A stretch of DNA of 64,000 bases from Chara braunii (taxonomy: Eukaryota > Plantae > Charophyceae): contig BFEA01000018.1 in the NCBI GenBank assembly GCA_003427395.1, positions 1,183,382-1,247,381 on the forward strand. Reading direction: 5' to 3'. The first letter of the stretch is position 1, and every line of letters starts with the position of its first letter. Positions 52,591-64,000 of this stretch are shown here, in pieces. The translations under genes and the position numbers were made by a program. Below the pieces are notes generated by a model, which did no database searches, had not been told where the DNA came from, and was given only the letters and a program-made list of their open reading frames with translations.

Positions 52591-54135
52591 ATGACGACCG
52601 TATTCGCAGTCGGGACGGCACTAGCAGCCGGTCCTAACCCTGCAAACCACGCACTTTCGCCTTCGCCTCCTCGTCCTCCGGCCCCTTCGCCTTCCCCTTT
52701 CTCTTATTTGGCCCCAACAAGTGAAGCCTGCCGTGCGCATATTGTCTCGCTCCTTCACCCTTTTCCATTGGCTTCTTCTTCGTCATCGACTTCGTCTTCC
52801 TGCCTCGGGCGGGAAGCTGTGTCATCGGCATCGTCCTCCCTCCGGTTTGGAAAAGTTACCCCTTCTTCTCATCATTCCAATTGTCAGCTGGACGATCAGT
52901 CCTCCTTTTCTTCTTCTTCTTCTTCTCCTGGTTTGCCTTCTCCATCCTCTTCTTGGGATTCTTCGTCGCCTCCGTCCTCGTCGGCTGGCGTCGTTATCTC
53001 GTCTGTCTCTTCGAACAAGAAGGCGACGAGACTTCATCACCATCTCCACAGATTGTCAGGGAGCTTCGTTGATTGGACAGATCTTTGTCGACCGTTCCTA
53101 GGCGGAGTAGGAGTAGGAGGAGGAGGAGGAGGAGGAGGAGGAGGAGAGGAGGAAAAGTTGGCAAGGCGGAGGAGGAGGGCGATGAGGATCGTCGTGCCCA
53201 TGAGTAGGAAGTCAGACAGAGAGGCAAGCGGCACGTCTCCACGCGACTCCACGTCATCTTCGTCCTCCATCGTGTCTCTTTCTCCCTCATCCTCCTCGTC
53301 TGCTGCTTTGAACGCCTATCATAGTTCACCACGGAGTGATGTGACGGCGCGCTTTGCCACAGACGACGGCGCATCTACTCTAGGACTATTTATGCCCGCC
53401 GAGGAGGCGACAATGGGCCGAAGCTGCTCCTCTGAAGACGACGAAGTGTCGGAGGACTCCGCTCCTCCCTCTTTGTCGCCTTTCGCCGGGAGGATGAGCA
53501 ACGGTTCCAGCGCTGGATGCGCTTTCGCCTACTCTCGCCCGTCGATCCTAGCGGTGGACGGTGCGTTCGTTGCTGAGGCGCCTTCTGGAACTGTAATCTG
53601 CAACAGCCGCGGCTGTCGTCCGATAGGCAACGACGCGTATCAGCCTTTCGAACTGGATCGGGGAGACGAATGGATTCGGAGGCGAGATGCGGCGCTACAT
53701 CTCCCTCGTCGCTTGGCAGAATTTCACGCCCGCGCGGAGAGGTTTGACGAGATGAGGGGCGGGGGAGGAGGGGGAGTTTCCGCGGGTAATAACGGTATCG
53801 GCAGCCGGCGGCACAGCGCCACTGGCAGAGGAGGAGCAGTGGGAGTGCATCACTCCTCCTCGGCTGTTTCCCCGGTAAAGCAGTTCGCTGGTGAGTTCGC
53901 GCAGTACTGTGGTGAGTTTTGCGAGATTGAATTGGCTGAGAAGTATTACCGAGAGGCCATCGAAGCTTCCCCCACTGATTCCAAACTGCTGGCAGATTAC
54001 GCAACGTTCGCTTGGCGGCGGCTGAAAGACAAGGCGAAGGCTGAGCAGCTGTTTAATAGGGCGCTGGAAGAGGCGCCTGACTGTGCTGAAGTGCTAGCCA
54101 GCTACGCGCTCTTTCTCTGGCAGCTTGAGTCGTGA
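52591..54135 (+). CDS. Plant-type tetratricopeptide-repeat (TPR-like) protein with long Ser/Gly-rich N-terminus; single exon
   Basis: 514-aa ORF from ATG 52591 (the track starts at an upstream TTG). C-terminus AEKYYREAIEASPTDSKLLADYATFAWRRLKDKAKAEQLFNRALEEAPDCAEVLASYALFLW matches the land-plant TPR family ending in ASYAxFLW. Confidence 0.88.
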   Translation: MTTVFAVGTALAAGPNPANHALSPSPPRPPAPSPSPFSYLAPTSEACRAHIVSLLHPFPLASSSSSTSSSCLGREAVSSASSSLRFGKVTPSSHHSNCQLDDQSSFSSSSSSPGLPSPSSSWDSSSPPSSSAGVVISSVSSNKKATRLHHHLHRLSGSFVDWTDLCRPFLGGVGVGGGGGGGGGGEEEKLARRRRRAMRIVVPMSRKSDREASGTSPRDSTSSSSSIVSLSPSSSSSAALNAYHSSPRSDVTARFATDDGASTLGLFMPAEEATMGRSCSSEDDEVSEDSAPPSLSPFAGRMSNGSSAGCAFAYSRPSILAVDGAFVAEAPSGTVICNSRGCRPIGNDAYQPFELDRGDEWIRRRDAALHLPRRLAEFHARAERFDEMRGGGGGGVSAGNNGIGSRRHSATGRGGAVGVHHSSSAVSPVKQFAGEFAQYCGEFCEIELAEKYYREAIEASPTDSKLLADYATFAWRRLKDKAKAEQLFNRALEEAPDCAEVLASYALFLWQLES

Positions 54136-55600
54136 CACCACACCAGGAGGACACTCTGTGTGTGTGTTTACACTCCTAAAGTGCGGGAGAGGAGATCAGA
54201 TAAGGTGACCAAATCTTGCGAAGCAGAGCGTTTGCTTGACAGCCTGTCAGCTTTGCAGAACGTCGCTGTTACTGCTCTCTTCCGACGCTTGAAGAAGATG
54301 ATGAAGCGGGATGTCAATTTGTCGAAAAAACGTTGAGCTGGAAAGGTTTTTAAATTCTTCTCTCGTTCCCTGTTGTCGATTCTTCCATCAATCGTCTGTA
54401 TGGAGTTTTGACATGAACACGAAATTGACGGGAGCATGGAGGCTCAACTCCCGACAGGAGCTTTGACTGAAAACCTGAGAGATGTGCCGCCGAGATTTCG
54501 AAAATTTCGAAAATTCGATGATTGGACAATGGAGCGTTTGACGTGAAGAGAGATAGCAACAGGATACGACGTCGTTCGAGGTCTGAAGGGAAGATGATGG
54601 GGAGCGGGGGGAGGGGGGGGGGAGGGGGCGAGAGGAGAAGGAGAAGGTGAGCGAGCGAGGGGGGGGGGAGAGTATTGCAGATCGTTTTTTCGTTTATCAT
54701 ATTGATTTCAATGCGCTGCGGATTGATCTGTGTCGTTGATTAGACGCCCGATCCGAGTCTGCTTCAATTCTGGATCTAATTTTAGATTTGACTGGACGCT
54801 ACCATCGGTGTAGCCTCATGGGAAAAAGGGAGAGCCACAAGTTGCTCGTTCGTTTGAAATTCCCGTTTCTCCGAGCGGGATGACGTAGGCATCCCGTTTT
54901 TGCACAAACGGTGAGATCTAGACTGACTAGATGGATGCATGCAAAGCGTACGTTCTTCAGTCGACAAATTGCCAGTATGCGCTATGGCCTACATTTGGGC
55001 CTCGCATGTAGTGTGTCCTTTTTCTCGACTTCCTGTGCTGCAGCCACCTGTTTATCGGTTAGCCTATGTCGATGATGTTGCGTCGACGGCTTTCACGTGT
55101 GCTGGAGATGAAAAACTACAGGGATGGACGGGAGGAGGTATGGGGGGCGGGAGTGATTCATGTCGACGGGTGGAAACGCGTAGGGCGTGAGAAAGCATTT
55201 TTGTTCGCAAATCAGTTCCAGTTTCATGGTGGCCAATTGTGAGAAAAGAGGATGTCAGGACGCAGAAGCTGGGCCTCATATTACGAGGAAGACAGGGAGT
55301 GTGTGTGGTGCATCTCGTTATCTTATCCTTCCTTTTTATGATGACAAGGATGATGATGATTACGATGATGATTGTAGACGGTGGTTATGATGATGAAGAC
55401 GGCGAATAATCACAGCAATGTACAAGCATCAGTTGATGGAGAGGAGCTGAGGAGCTTCTCCTCGATGCGACGCACGTCGCTTCTTTAGCCGACCAAAATC
55501 GTTGCTGTGTGTTGATCGTTCCGTTATCCTGGTCTGCGCTATGATATTCTCTGAGAGGAGAGAGAGATGTCTCGCCGGGTGCGCAAATGATGACGGAGTT

Positions 55601-55674
<74 letters not shown>

Positions 55675-56538
55675 GACGGAGTGCTTGCGCATTGTCTGAG
55701 ATGCTCTGTGCGCAGCAGCGGGAAAGAGGAGGCAATGAGGTTACCCTAGAGAGATGCTGATTTCGATAATGCACATGCTGTCATCTGTAGTCGAGAGCGG
55801 CATATTCGACTCCAATGGAGAGGAGGAAAGAAAGGGGACGGGGAGGAGAATGGGGGTGCCGGCTTTCGCGCGTCAGTGGGTGCTATGTAATATTTCAAGG
55901 GCGATTGATATCATTCATCTACAGTCGATTTGGGGATTGCTGGGTTGAAACTGGTGTGTGTCTGCTGCGCGCAGGAGAGCGCAAGTTCGACACTCTTGCC
56001 CGCGGCCGCCGTCTTCTGGACGGGTTCATGTTGGAGATTGTTGTCATTGGTTTGCTCCTTAGATTATAATAATGGAATGCAATGGGGAGGAGGGTGCAAA
56101 CCGCTTATCTTCGCTCGATCCCATGAGAGGGGGATCTCGAGCCTTGATGCGTTCTTCAGATGCGCGCTTATGATGTTCGGTTGGTCTACGTTGATGAGCA
56201 TAGCGACAAAATCAGATCGACAACGGGATAGCCGTCACAGCCTCAGCGGGATCTGACGGAGGTCTGTCTCCTGTCTGCTTGGCCATCTACTCGGCAGAAC
56301 ATTGAATTTCTGTTTCGTCCGTACAAGCTGAACAACAAGGTAGCTGAGGGTAACGAATTGAGAGAGAAATGGGATTTGTGCCGGCCTTCTGAAGCTAATA
56401 CCGGCGACCAGAGACTCAGTCTGGTGAAAATCGGTGGCCTTGGACAGCCTGAGGTTTTGGCTTTTAGGGGAAGGAAAAAGAATGATAGCTTTCCCATCGT
56501 CCTTGAGCAGGTCACCCGACCATGCACATCAGAAACTA

Positions 56539-56590
<52 letters not shown>

Positions 56591-57878
56591 TGAAGGTGGG
56601 AAGGAAAAGCAACCACGGGTATCGGCGAAATGTAGGCAGAATGGGAAGTGCCGAGCTGGGTTGAGAAAGGTAGAGGTTGTGAAGATTGATTTTTCCCCCC
56701 GTAAGTTCCTTGGTTGGGATTCAATTTGGTGATTTTCTCTTGTTCCCTTTTTTTTCCCGTAAAGCCTTTGTAGGTTTGTAGAGTGAGAGTAGGTGGTAGG
56801 CAGTGGAGGGTGTCGCGTCGGGGCAGAAACGGCTTGAGCGTGCATCCCGTCGGACTTTCCTGGACGGGGGGGGGGGGGTAGACTTNTGGGACAACAGACC
56901 GTATCTGGGGGTTCATTTCGTCGATCGCCTGTTCTGGTGATCCCTCTTCCTCCTCGTCTAGGGCCCACCGATGCCAGTTTGTCAGGTACGCGTGCATATT
57001 TCGGGCTTGTGTAAGCTCCCGGCGCGCGTTACTCGTTGTCACAGTTCGTTGTCAATCATCCTAATCATATGTAGCGCCATTCATCGCAGGTAATGGATGT
57101 ATTAGCTCCACGAGGAGGACCAGGCCCTTGAAAATTTAATGCTTGAGGGCTTGTGACTGACAGTGTGTCCTCTTTGTGGCTCTCTCGACGAAGTGGATGC
57201 ATGGTCATGTTAGCTTAATGTCCATGTGTCCTCGTTGTGGCTTTGTCGAGAAAGTGCACACAGACACAGATAGGTACATAGATATATAGATAGATAGATA
57301 GATAGAGAGGGAGAGAGAGAGAGAATTCTTTTTCTGACAATTTTGGTTGAGATGGAGGGAAAATGAGGGAAGGACTGCTGTATGCGAACCGTCGTTTATC
57401 AACGAGTCGCTATGCTTTCCCCTCCGAACTTTCCGGCGCTGCGCTACGTTCTTCAGCTCTGGCATGGCATTCGTTGTCCCGTTTTGTGTTACTTGATTCC
57501 AAGTTTCTCTTTTTTCCTCTCTCACCTCTGGAGGCATTTGTTGTCTCGCTGTTGCGTTCCTCCTCTCGCTGTCATCCGTCATCTCTCTGTTTGCCTTCGC
57601 CGTTTTTTTTTTTCTTTGTTTTTTTCTCACAAATCTGTACTTGGTATTAAAATGTCATGAGCGGAGGCCGGCGACCTCACATTTCTACCCGGATTGCTGG
57701 AAAACAGGTCCAGCGTCCTTTTTTTTTTTTTTTTTTTTTTTTTNNNNNNNNNNNNNNNNTCAGCTTAGGCTGGTACTTGAAAACAGGTCCAGCGTCCTTT
57801 TTTTTTTTTTTTTTTTTTTTTTCCCTATCTTGGGTAACAGACTGGAAAACAGGTCCAGTGTCCTCAGGAAAAGAATTA

Positions 57879-57991
57879 GGGCCTCGCCACACCACTGTCG
57901 AAATGCGAAGAAGACAAAATTGGCAGTCGCATCTGCCCATGTTCTAGTTCATTCTCAATTTGCACATTTCGAGAGTGGTGTGGCGACGCCC
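57879..57991. mobile_element. Tourist/PIF-Harbinger-type MITE, TTA TSD
   Basis: TTA|GGGCCTCGCCACACCACTGTCGAAATG...CATTTCGAGAGTGGTGTGGCGACGCCC|TTA. Confidence 0.8.
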
Positions 57992-58150
57992 TTAGAAAAC
58001 AGGCTGGAAACCAGGTCCAGCGTCCTTTCCAGAAAAAGCGGATCTAGCTGTTCGTAACAAGTTCTTTTTTTTTTGTTTGTTTGTTCGTAACAAGTTCTAG
58101 CAGTCTCCGCATATGAAAGAGAGTAATGTCTGTTTTCAGAGCAGAAACTA

Positions 58151-58255
58151 CCTTCTTCCCCCGAATACAACGTGCGGGCATTATAGCTGTATTTGAGGCA
58201 TCCGTCAGTCTAGATACAGCTATAATGACCGTACGTTGTATTCGCGGGAAGAAGG
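58151..58255. mobile_element. Tc1/mariner-type (Stowaway-like) MITE, TA TSD
   Basis: TA|CCTTCTTCCCCCGAATACAACGTGCGGGCATTATAGCTGTAT...ATACAGCTATAATGACCGTACGTTGTATTCGCGGGAAGAAGG|TA. Confidence 0.8.
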
Positions 58256-59074
58256 TACGGTAACCCTCTTGACAGTCTATTGACTATCCCTGGTCTGGCC
58301 TTAATCCAAGGGGTTTTGGTTTCTGTCTGTCGCAGAAGCTAGAAAGTTAGGTAACGACCTTTTTGTTGCTTTTTTTCTTTAGCTAGATGGCTGGGGTCGG
58401 GGATAGGGTTGGCCGAAGTGCCTTTCTTAGCCTCTGATGGTTTCAGCATCTATGTGAGGGACACCGGGCCCGTTTCCCGGTTAAAAAAAAATAAAAAATA
58501 AAAAAAATCTCAGCGGCAAAAAAAAATAAAGAGAGGGAAGAAAGTCATGCCTTTTCAAGTGGCAGATTGTTCATCCCACAGCAGTCTGGAAAATTTAACT
58601 TGGCCTGACTCCAGGGACCCTGCCCATCTAAAGGGTTGTTCCCACACCCCCTGAGAGCTAGAGAGCCTCGTATCTGCCCTAAGTTTTAGACTTTTCTTCC
58701 TCCTTAGTCATTTTTTGTTTTTTTTTTGTTTTTTTTTTGAAGACAAGATCATTCATTACCAAAAGCTTGGGAAGGCCGGGAATCCTCCACAAACAACCCG
58801 GAGTGACGTAAACCATCCTGGGGCCATTACCCAGGTTAGGCTTGGGCGTTGCGATGATGTCCAGAGACTTCAAGGTCAGTTATAGACTTTTCTTCCTCCT
58901 CAGTTCTGCTAATATAAGCAGGCGAACCGAATACCGAAATTGATTCCTGAAAGCGGCCTGAGAAGTGGGTTTGGAATAAAACCTTCTGTGCCTGCGTGCT
59001 AACCAAAGGATCCAGAAAGCAAACGTATGTAATTGTGGACAGCTTGTCCGCTTAGGAGATTCTTTGCTCATCTG

Positions 59075-59215
59075 GGCCGAGGTCCCACTAGCAAAAAGGA
59101 TAGGATCGAGCTCCCCAATCTGGATGTGCTTTAAGCACGATTTCCTGCACGTCTCCATAAAATCGTCCAGATTCGGGCATTCTATCCCATCCTCTTTGCT
59201 AGTGGGACCACGGCC
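59075..59215. mobile_element. Hairpin MITE with GGCC termini and CTG TSD
   Basis: CTG|GGCCGAGGTCCCACTAGCAAAAAGGAT...ATCCTCTTTGCTAGTGGGACCACGGCC|CTG. Confidence 0.7.
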
Positions 59216-59220
59216 CTGGT

Positions 59221-59290
59221 GGCATCGGGATTCGAACTCAGCTGTGTATTTCAACGGTTGCGGTTGTACCAACTGAGCTACCGTAGGCCC
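59221..59290 (-). ncRNA. tRNA-derived sequence (SINE head or pseudogene)
   Basis: Minus strand GGTAGCTCAGTTGGTA (A box) ... GAGTTCGAATCCC (B box). Stems degenerate. Confidence 0.6.
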
Positions 59291-59340
59291 TTGGGTGCAC
59301 GGCTCTTTGGGCCTCGCTCCATTACACAACAGTGACAACA

Positions 59341-59438
59341 CTATACATGCATTTGGACGCTTTCTAGACGAGATGCATTTGGACGAGTCCAACATTTTGA
59401 ATGTAGCTGGTCCATAGAACGTCCAAATGCATGTAGAG
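59341..59438. repeat. Short inverted repeat, possible MITE
   Basis: TACATGCATTTGGACG ... CGTCCAAATGCATGTA. Confidence 0.6.
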
Positions 59439-59990
59439 CTTCGTTGGTGGAGGGAGGCCCTTTGTTGTCGATTAACGCCGAGAAAAAAGTAATCTGGGCA
59501 AGCGGAGCCCGTTATTTTTCATTTTATTTTTCATTTTAATTTTTATTTTTACCTTTGACGGTTCGAAAATACTCGGCCTCCGACCTTTCAGGAGGCCGAA
59601 AAGAAACGACGGCCGCCGATCAGATTTATCAACGGCAGCCGTTGTTGGGCCCGGCCTCCTAAAAGTTCGGGTACTGGCCAGTACCACGTCGAAAATAGGC
59701 TCAGAGGAAAACTTATAATTTATTTATTTTTTTTAATAAAAAAGTTATATTCTTCCATTTCCAATGAAAGTTTCGGGGACACAATTTACCTAGCGTTGAG
59801 TTTCCTCAACGGCTGAATCTGGACGTGTTCGTGGGGATGTGTGGTTGAGGAAACTGGACACCATTTCTGCACATCTCCTCAGACACGCCCAGATTCAGGT
59901 GTTGAAGAAACTCAACGCTGCTAGTGGGACTTGGCCCCGGGTGAGCTGGGGCCATTACCCAGCTTCGGCTGTGCCAGTGTCTTTTCTTTC

Positions 59991-60021
<31 letters not shown>

Positions 60022-60174
60022 GTTCTTTTTTTTTTTTAAATACGAGCATCCCCCTCTAGTAGTAGCCTCCAGCTGCTCCATCTATTGGTGGGGAGCTACA
60101 CCTGTTGGAAACGGGGCCCAGCGTCCCATTTTACATGAAAAGTATCTACTGCTCAGAGAGCCCCGTACTCATAA

Positions 60175-60471
60175 AACTGCCATTTCGTCAAAATGGACAT
60201 TTTTTATTTCTTGAACGAAATTAAAACCGAGTTTTTTGGCCAAAATCTCATCCGAATTTGCTGCTGCTGAGGGTCAGGCGTTCTCAAAACGCTGGACCCC
60301 CTGATGTGTGTTGACTTAGTTTGAGACCAGATACATCCAGGTGGGGTTGTCCAGCGTTATAAGAACGCGGGACCCTCAGGATAAGCAAATTTGAATGAGC
60401 TTTTGGCCAAAAAGTGCGGTTTCAATTTCGTTCAAAAAATAAAAAATGTCCATCTTGACGAATTGGCAGTT
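60175..60471. mobile_element. Foldback element with ~125-bp arms
   Basis: AACTGCCATTTCGTCAAAATGGACATTTTTTAT...CGCTGGAC mirrored by GTCCAGCG...ATAAAAAATGTCCATCTTGACGAATTGGCAGTT. Confidence 0.8.
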
Positions 60472-61275
60472 AATAACTGTAAATACCATACCTAAGCTCA
60501 GCCCTCTCAGCTAGAGAGACGGTTACGGGAGGCCTCGATTTTTCAGACCACTTGTCAGGCCATTTATAACAAAACCCAAGGGTCATTTTAACCAAACTTG
60601 CCACCAATTCGCTGCGTTGTTGTCGAAGAGTCCGTGGTAATATATTTGTTGGTGGTTTTGCCGTTGATATGATGGGCCTCGCTGCACTGCTCACCACATC
60701 TGAAGAAAAATGGTCCTCGCTCCACTACGCAACAACCAAAATGTTTCTGGACCTTATACTGTGTTCGATGCATTCCAAATGTTGGACCAGTTCGTTCGAA
60801 TGTATCTCGATGAAATAGCCATCCTGATACGATTGCGTATGTTGCCTAGTGGCGCCAAGATTTTGGAATGAATCTGGACAACCTGGTCGTCCATGTGTGT
60901 AAATGTTGTCGGATGGCGCGCGCAACTACGCCCTTAGCATTGGGGTCGCAACTGGCAGGCCCCTTAGCTTTAGGGCTCGTTCCATGCCACTCGAAAATCC
61001 TTGGGTTTTATTTATTTATTTTTTCTTTTTCGAAAAATGTTTGTGTTGCACCCCTCGAAGATGAGATGTATACCGAAAGAGTGAAATACCCTTCTGACAA
61101 TGGAAAACTTTGCAGAATACCTTCACGCCCATTTGACCTGTCATCTTTGCAATATACCCCAACCGCCAGATGAACTTCGCAAAATACCCTAGTACTTGTC
61201 AAATTTGAGCGATTTGACCTCCTACTGAGGGAGGCTATGCTCTCGTTTTGGCCCCTGCGGGCAAGTACGACCATC

Positions 61276-61312
<37 letters not shown>

Positions 61313-61410
61313 CCTTCTTTGCGTGTTTGGTCCACTGAAGGACATTCCAAATGCACGGGCTGTTGCAATGTGTGTGTTTGTGTGTGTGTGTGTGTGTGTG
61401 AGAGAGAAAG

Positions 61411-61500
61411 AGAGAGATTGCCGTGCGGGCTAATCCGCAGAGAGAGATTGCCGTGCGGGCTAATTCGCAGAGAGAGATTGCCGTGCGGGCTAATCCGCAA
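61411..61500. repeat. 3 x 30-bp tandem repeat with internal hairpin
   Basis: AGAGAGATTGCCGTGCGGGCTAATCCGCAG x3. Confidence 0.9.
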
Positions 61501-61553
61501 CGTTGCCTGTGCGGTAGGGAGGGTAGCCGTAGTAAAAAACGTGTTTAAACCCT

Positions 61554-63940
61554 TGTGATGCGCAACCTCACGCCCTTGTGCTGTCTTCCGTTCGGAGTGT
61601 TAGCTGTGCGGAAAAGAGGCCCAGAAAAACAGCAAGATGGGGTGTGCCAAGGATTTTTGAAAATTGAGTGTGGGGACACAGACGGAACTGAAATCCCCCG
61701 TGTTGGTCCGATGGAGCAAGTCGATCGTTCGCGCGCCGCGGAACGCGTGTGCGGACGCGGCGCAAAAACAGAAAGATTCAAATTCAATCCAAAAAGTACT
61801 GTCGAGCATCCCACCGAGCTACAGTCCGTCGTTTAGAATGGAAAGGCTCTGGCACGCTTCGCGTGTCTCATTTTCGTACCAGATCTCGTCTTCGTTCGCT
61901 GGTCAGTTCCGAATCCGACGTGGATGGTCTCAGCCGAGTGACTCTTTCCTTATGCTCGTCCTCACTCCGTATTCGGTAGTGGAAGCCCTACGCTTCGTAG
62001 TGATCAAAACACTCACATTCGGTGCACAAAGTGCGCGGCCAGTGGGGTTCTACTGCCGTCCACGGAATGACGATTAACTCGTTAAATGGCAACAATACCT
62101 AGTAAGGTGGGAAGTGCGTATCGATAATAACAAACCCGACTTCTACGAACCCAGAACAGCGGTTGGCCGGAGGAAAGTGATACTGCTCGCCGATTTGTGC
62201 AACGGCTTCTCGTACGTCCCACTCACATACACGTGTCCTTTCCTCACTGTAAGGAAAAGGTCGCGTTGGGATGGGAGATACGGAGGCTGGCGCACAATCG
62301 AAGGGTACTTGTCAGTCATCATGTCAATCAATCACAAAATATCCGGAGACGTCATTAAGAACAAAAGCGATTGCGTGTCCCCCAGTCAATTTTTTTTTTG
62401 ACACAAGAGAGAGGGAGAGCAAACACAGATCAGCTTGATCACGCACATGGCTACGGGTCCGATCAGTTCAACACAACGTTGGTCCCTGGGCGCCTTGTTT
62501 CTCAGGGCCGCCTCGTGGTTCGGCTGCTGATGTCGTGTAGCATAAGGCAGATAACATGCGTAGTGCAAACAGAGCTACAAATCCAAACACTCTTGCATTC
62601 TCTAACAAAATCTCGACGACACTCGTCTTATCAATTTGGAAAAGTCACGCATCTCTATACATGCATTTACTATGGAAGGTGCGAAAATGCACAGGAAAAG
62701 ATAACAATCCACAACAAGGGCGTATTCGCCGTTAATTCCAATATGGCCCTGGGCCAATCAACTCAACGTCGATCCTCGTATCCGCATCGACGATCCCGAC
62801 CGTCGCGTGCTAACTTTCACCACTGCGATCGTCACCCCGCTGTCGTAAACTCGACATGGTTCACCCAGATCCCACAGTCCGTCGTGGCGATCCAGCGCGC
62901 AACCGGCCAGTCTATCGTCAGCCGGAGAGGACTTTCCAACTCGCTTCAAACACTCTGCCTAGCCACTGCTTCCCGGAAGCTGGCTCGAGAGTTGAGAACG
63001 TAAGAGAGATTTGCGGACGCGCTTGCGGGTTTTATAGTTGCGACAAGGGAGATAGAAGGGGGAGAAGGCGACAGGAAAGCTGAGATGTAAGAGGAGAAGA
63101 AGGAGGAGAAGACTTTGAGAAGAGTGCTCTATGAACGCCATGCTGATCCCTCGGAACTCAAGGTTCAACCAATCAGGTTCGTCGCGCGATAGGAAGGTCC
63201 TATCGATCCACGCACCTGATTGGTGAGCGGGAGTTATCGGGCGATCGACCGGGCGTCGTACGCCAGACTTAGAGGGTGAGAAGAGAAAAGGTGCGAGAGG
63301 TGGTGCAAGACGGGTCCAAGATTCAGATGATCAAGAAAGGGAAATGGGCGCGCGTAAGCAAGGCGGGAGAGAGAGAGGGAAAAGGAAAAACAGTTACGGG
63401 GAGAGAGAAAAAGGAGGGAGAAGGGAAGGGAGGCGCGGGAGGGAGTGATGCGGGGGATAGAGAGGAGGAAGCTTTTGCATGCACGGCGCCGTCAACAAAA
63501 AAAGAAAAAGGCCCCGAAACAGTTACAGCTTGCTTCTATCCTAATTCAAAATTGAAATCACCATATCCGCGCGCGAAAGAGCGACGCAAAAAAATAAAAG
63601 TCCTACGTTTATTCATATCCGAACGAAATTCCGACAGTTTTCTCCGACGCGATCAAGAACATTCACACACTCGGAAAGGACACGTCGAAGTTCCGCTTAT
63701 CCCGGAATTCCCAACCGCTGGGCCCAATTCCCAGTGTGCTCGCTAAGGCGCACGCAAATCCCCACGTATTTCCCGACTTTGCAAAAAGAAAAACAGAACT
63801 CAGCAGTCGAAAAAGCTCTCCAAAAAGGGAAAATGCGGCACCCGAAAGCAAGAAATCAAAAACGGGGTTTTCATGGGGTTGGTAAAAAGCAAAAGAAAGG
63901 GTACGAAAAGTGGCACGGGGTCGTGAAGTGGTTCGTCACA
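61554..63940 (-). mobile_element. Solo LTR, family B (2387 bp), 4-bp TSD CCCT
   Basis: CCCT|TGTGATGCGC...GTTCGTCACA|CCCT. Colinear with 12819-15518. Confidence 0.93.
61790..62322 (-). pseudogene. LTR-encoded ORF, copy B2
   Basis: RPFPYSEERTRVCEWDVREAV...GFVIIDTHFPPY*VLLPFNELIVIPWTAVEPHWPRTLCTEC...GFHYRIRSEDEHKERVTRLRPSTSDSELTSERRRDLVRK*D. The stops are TAG/TGA, consistent with C-to-T changes. Confidence 0.75.
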
Positions 63941-64000
63941 CCCTTGCCTCAGTGGCCAGGTCCTGACTCCAAATTTGCCCCTACCCACATCTTTTAGGGG

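Noticed and set aside
52634-54004. Overlapping and antisense ORFs within the TPR gene
   Set aside because: Expected shadow frames of a GC-rich, repeat-containing CDS.

Overview
Repeat-rich eukaryotic nuclear DNA from a draft assembly with several N-gaps and leftover Nextera adapter. The tRNA-iMet-type PBS, plant-type TPR gene and plant-like cox1 fragment point to a green plant or streptophyte alga; a Chara-like genome is my inference only. One intact host gene is supported: an intronless Ser-rich protein with C-terminal TPR repeats (52591-54135). The rest is mostly decayed Ty3/Gypsy elements, L1-type LINE fragments, MITEs, tRNA-like heads and tandem repeats. The main result is an unusual Gypsy lineage. 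(i) Its 2.4-2.9 kb LTRs carry a ~200-aa ORF downstream of the LTR TATA box, conserved at protein level across five copies from two divergent LTR families. (ii) A PHD finger lies between RNase H and the integrase HHCC domain. (iii) Target-site duplications are 4 bp. (iv) The 5' LTRs run straight into the PBS and lack the GCGTCACA terminus found on solo and 3'-type LTR ends. Coordinates for degenerate features were read by eye and are approximate.
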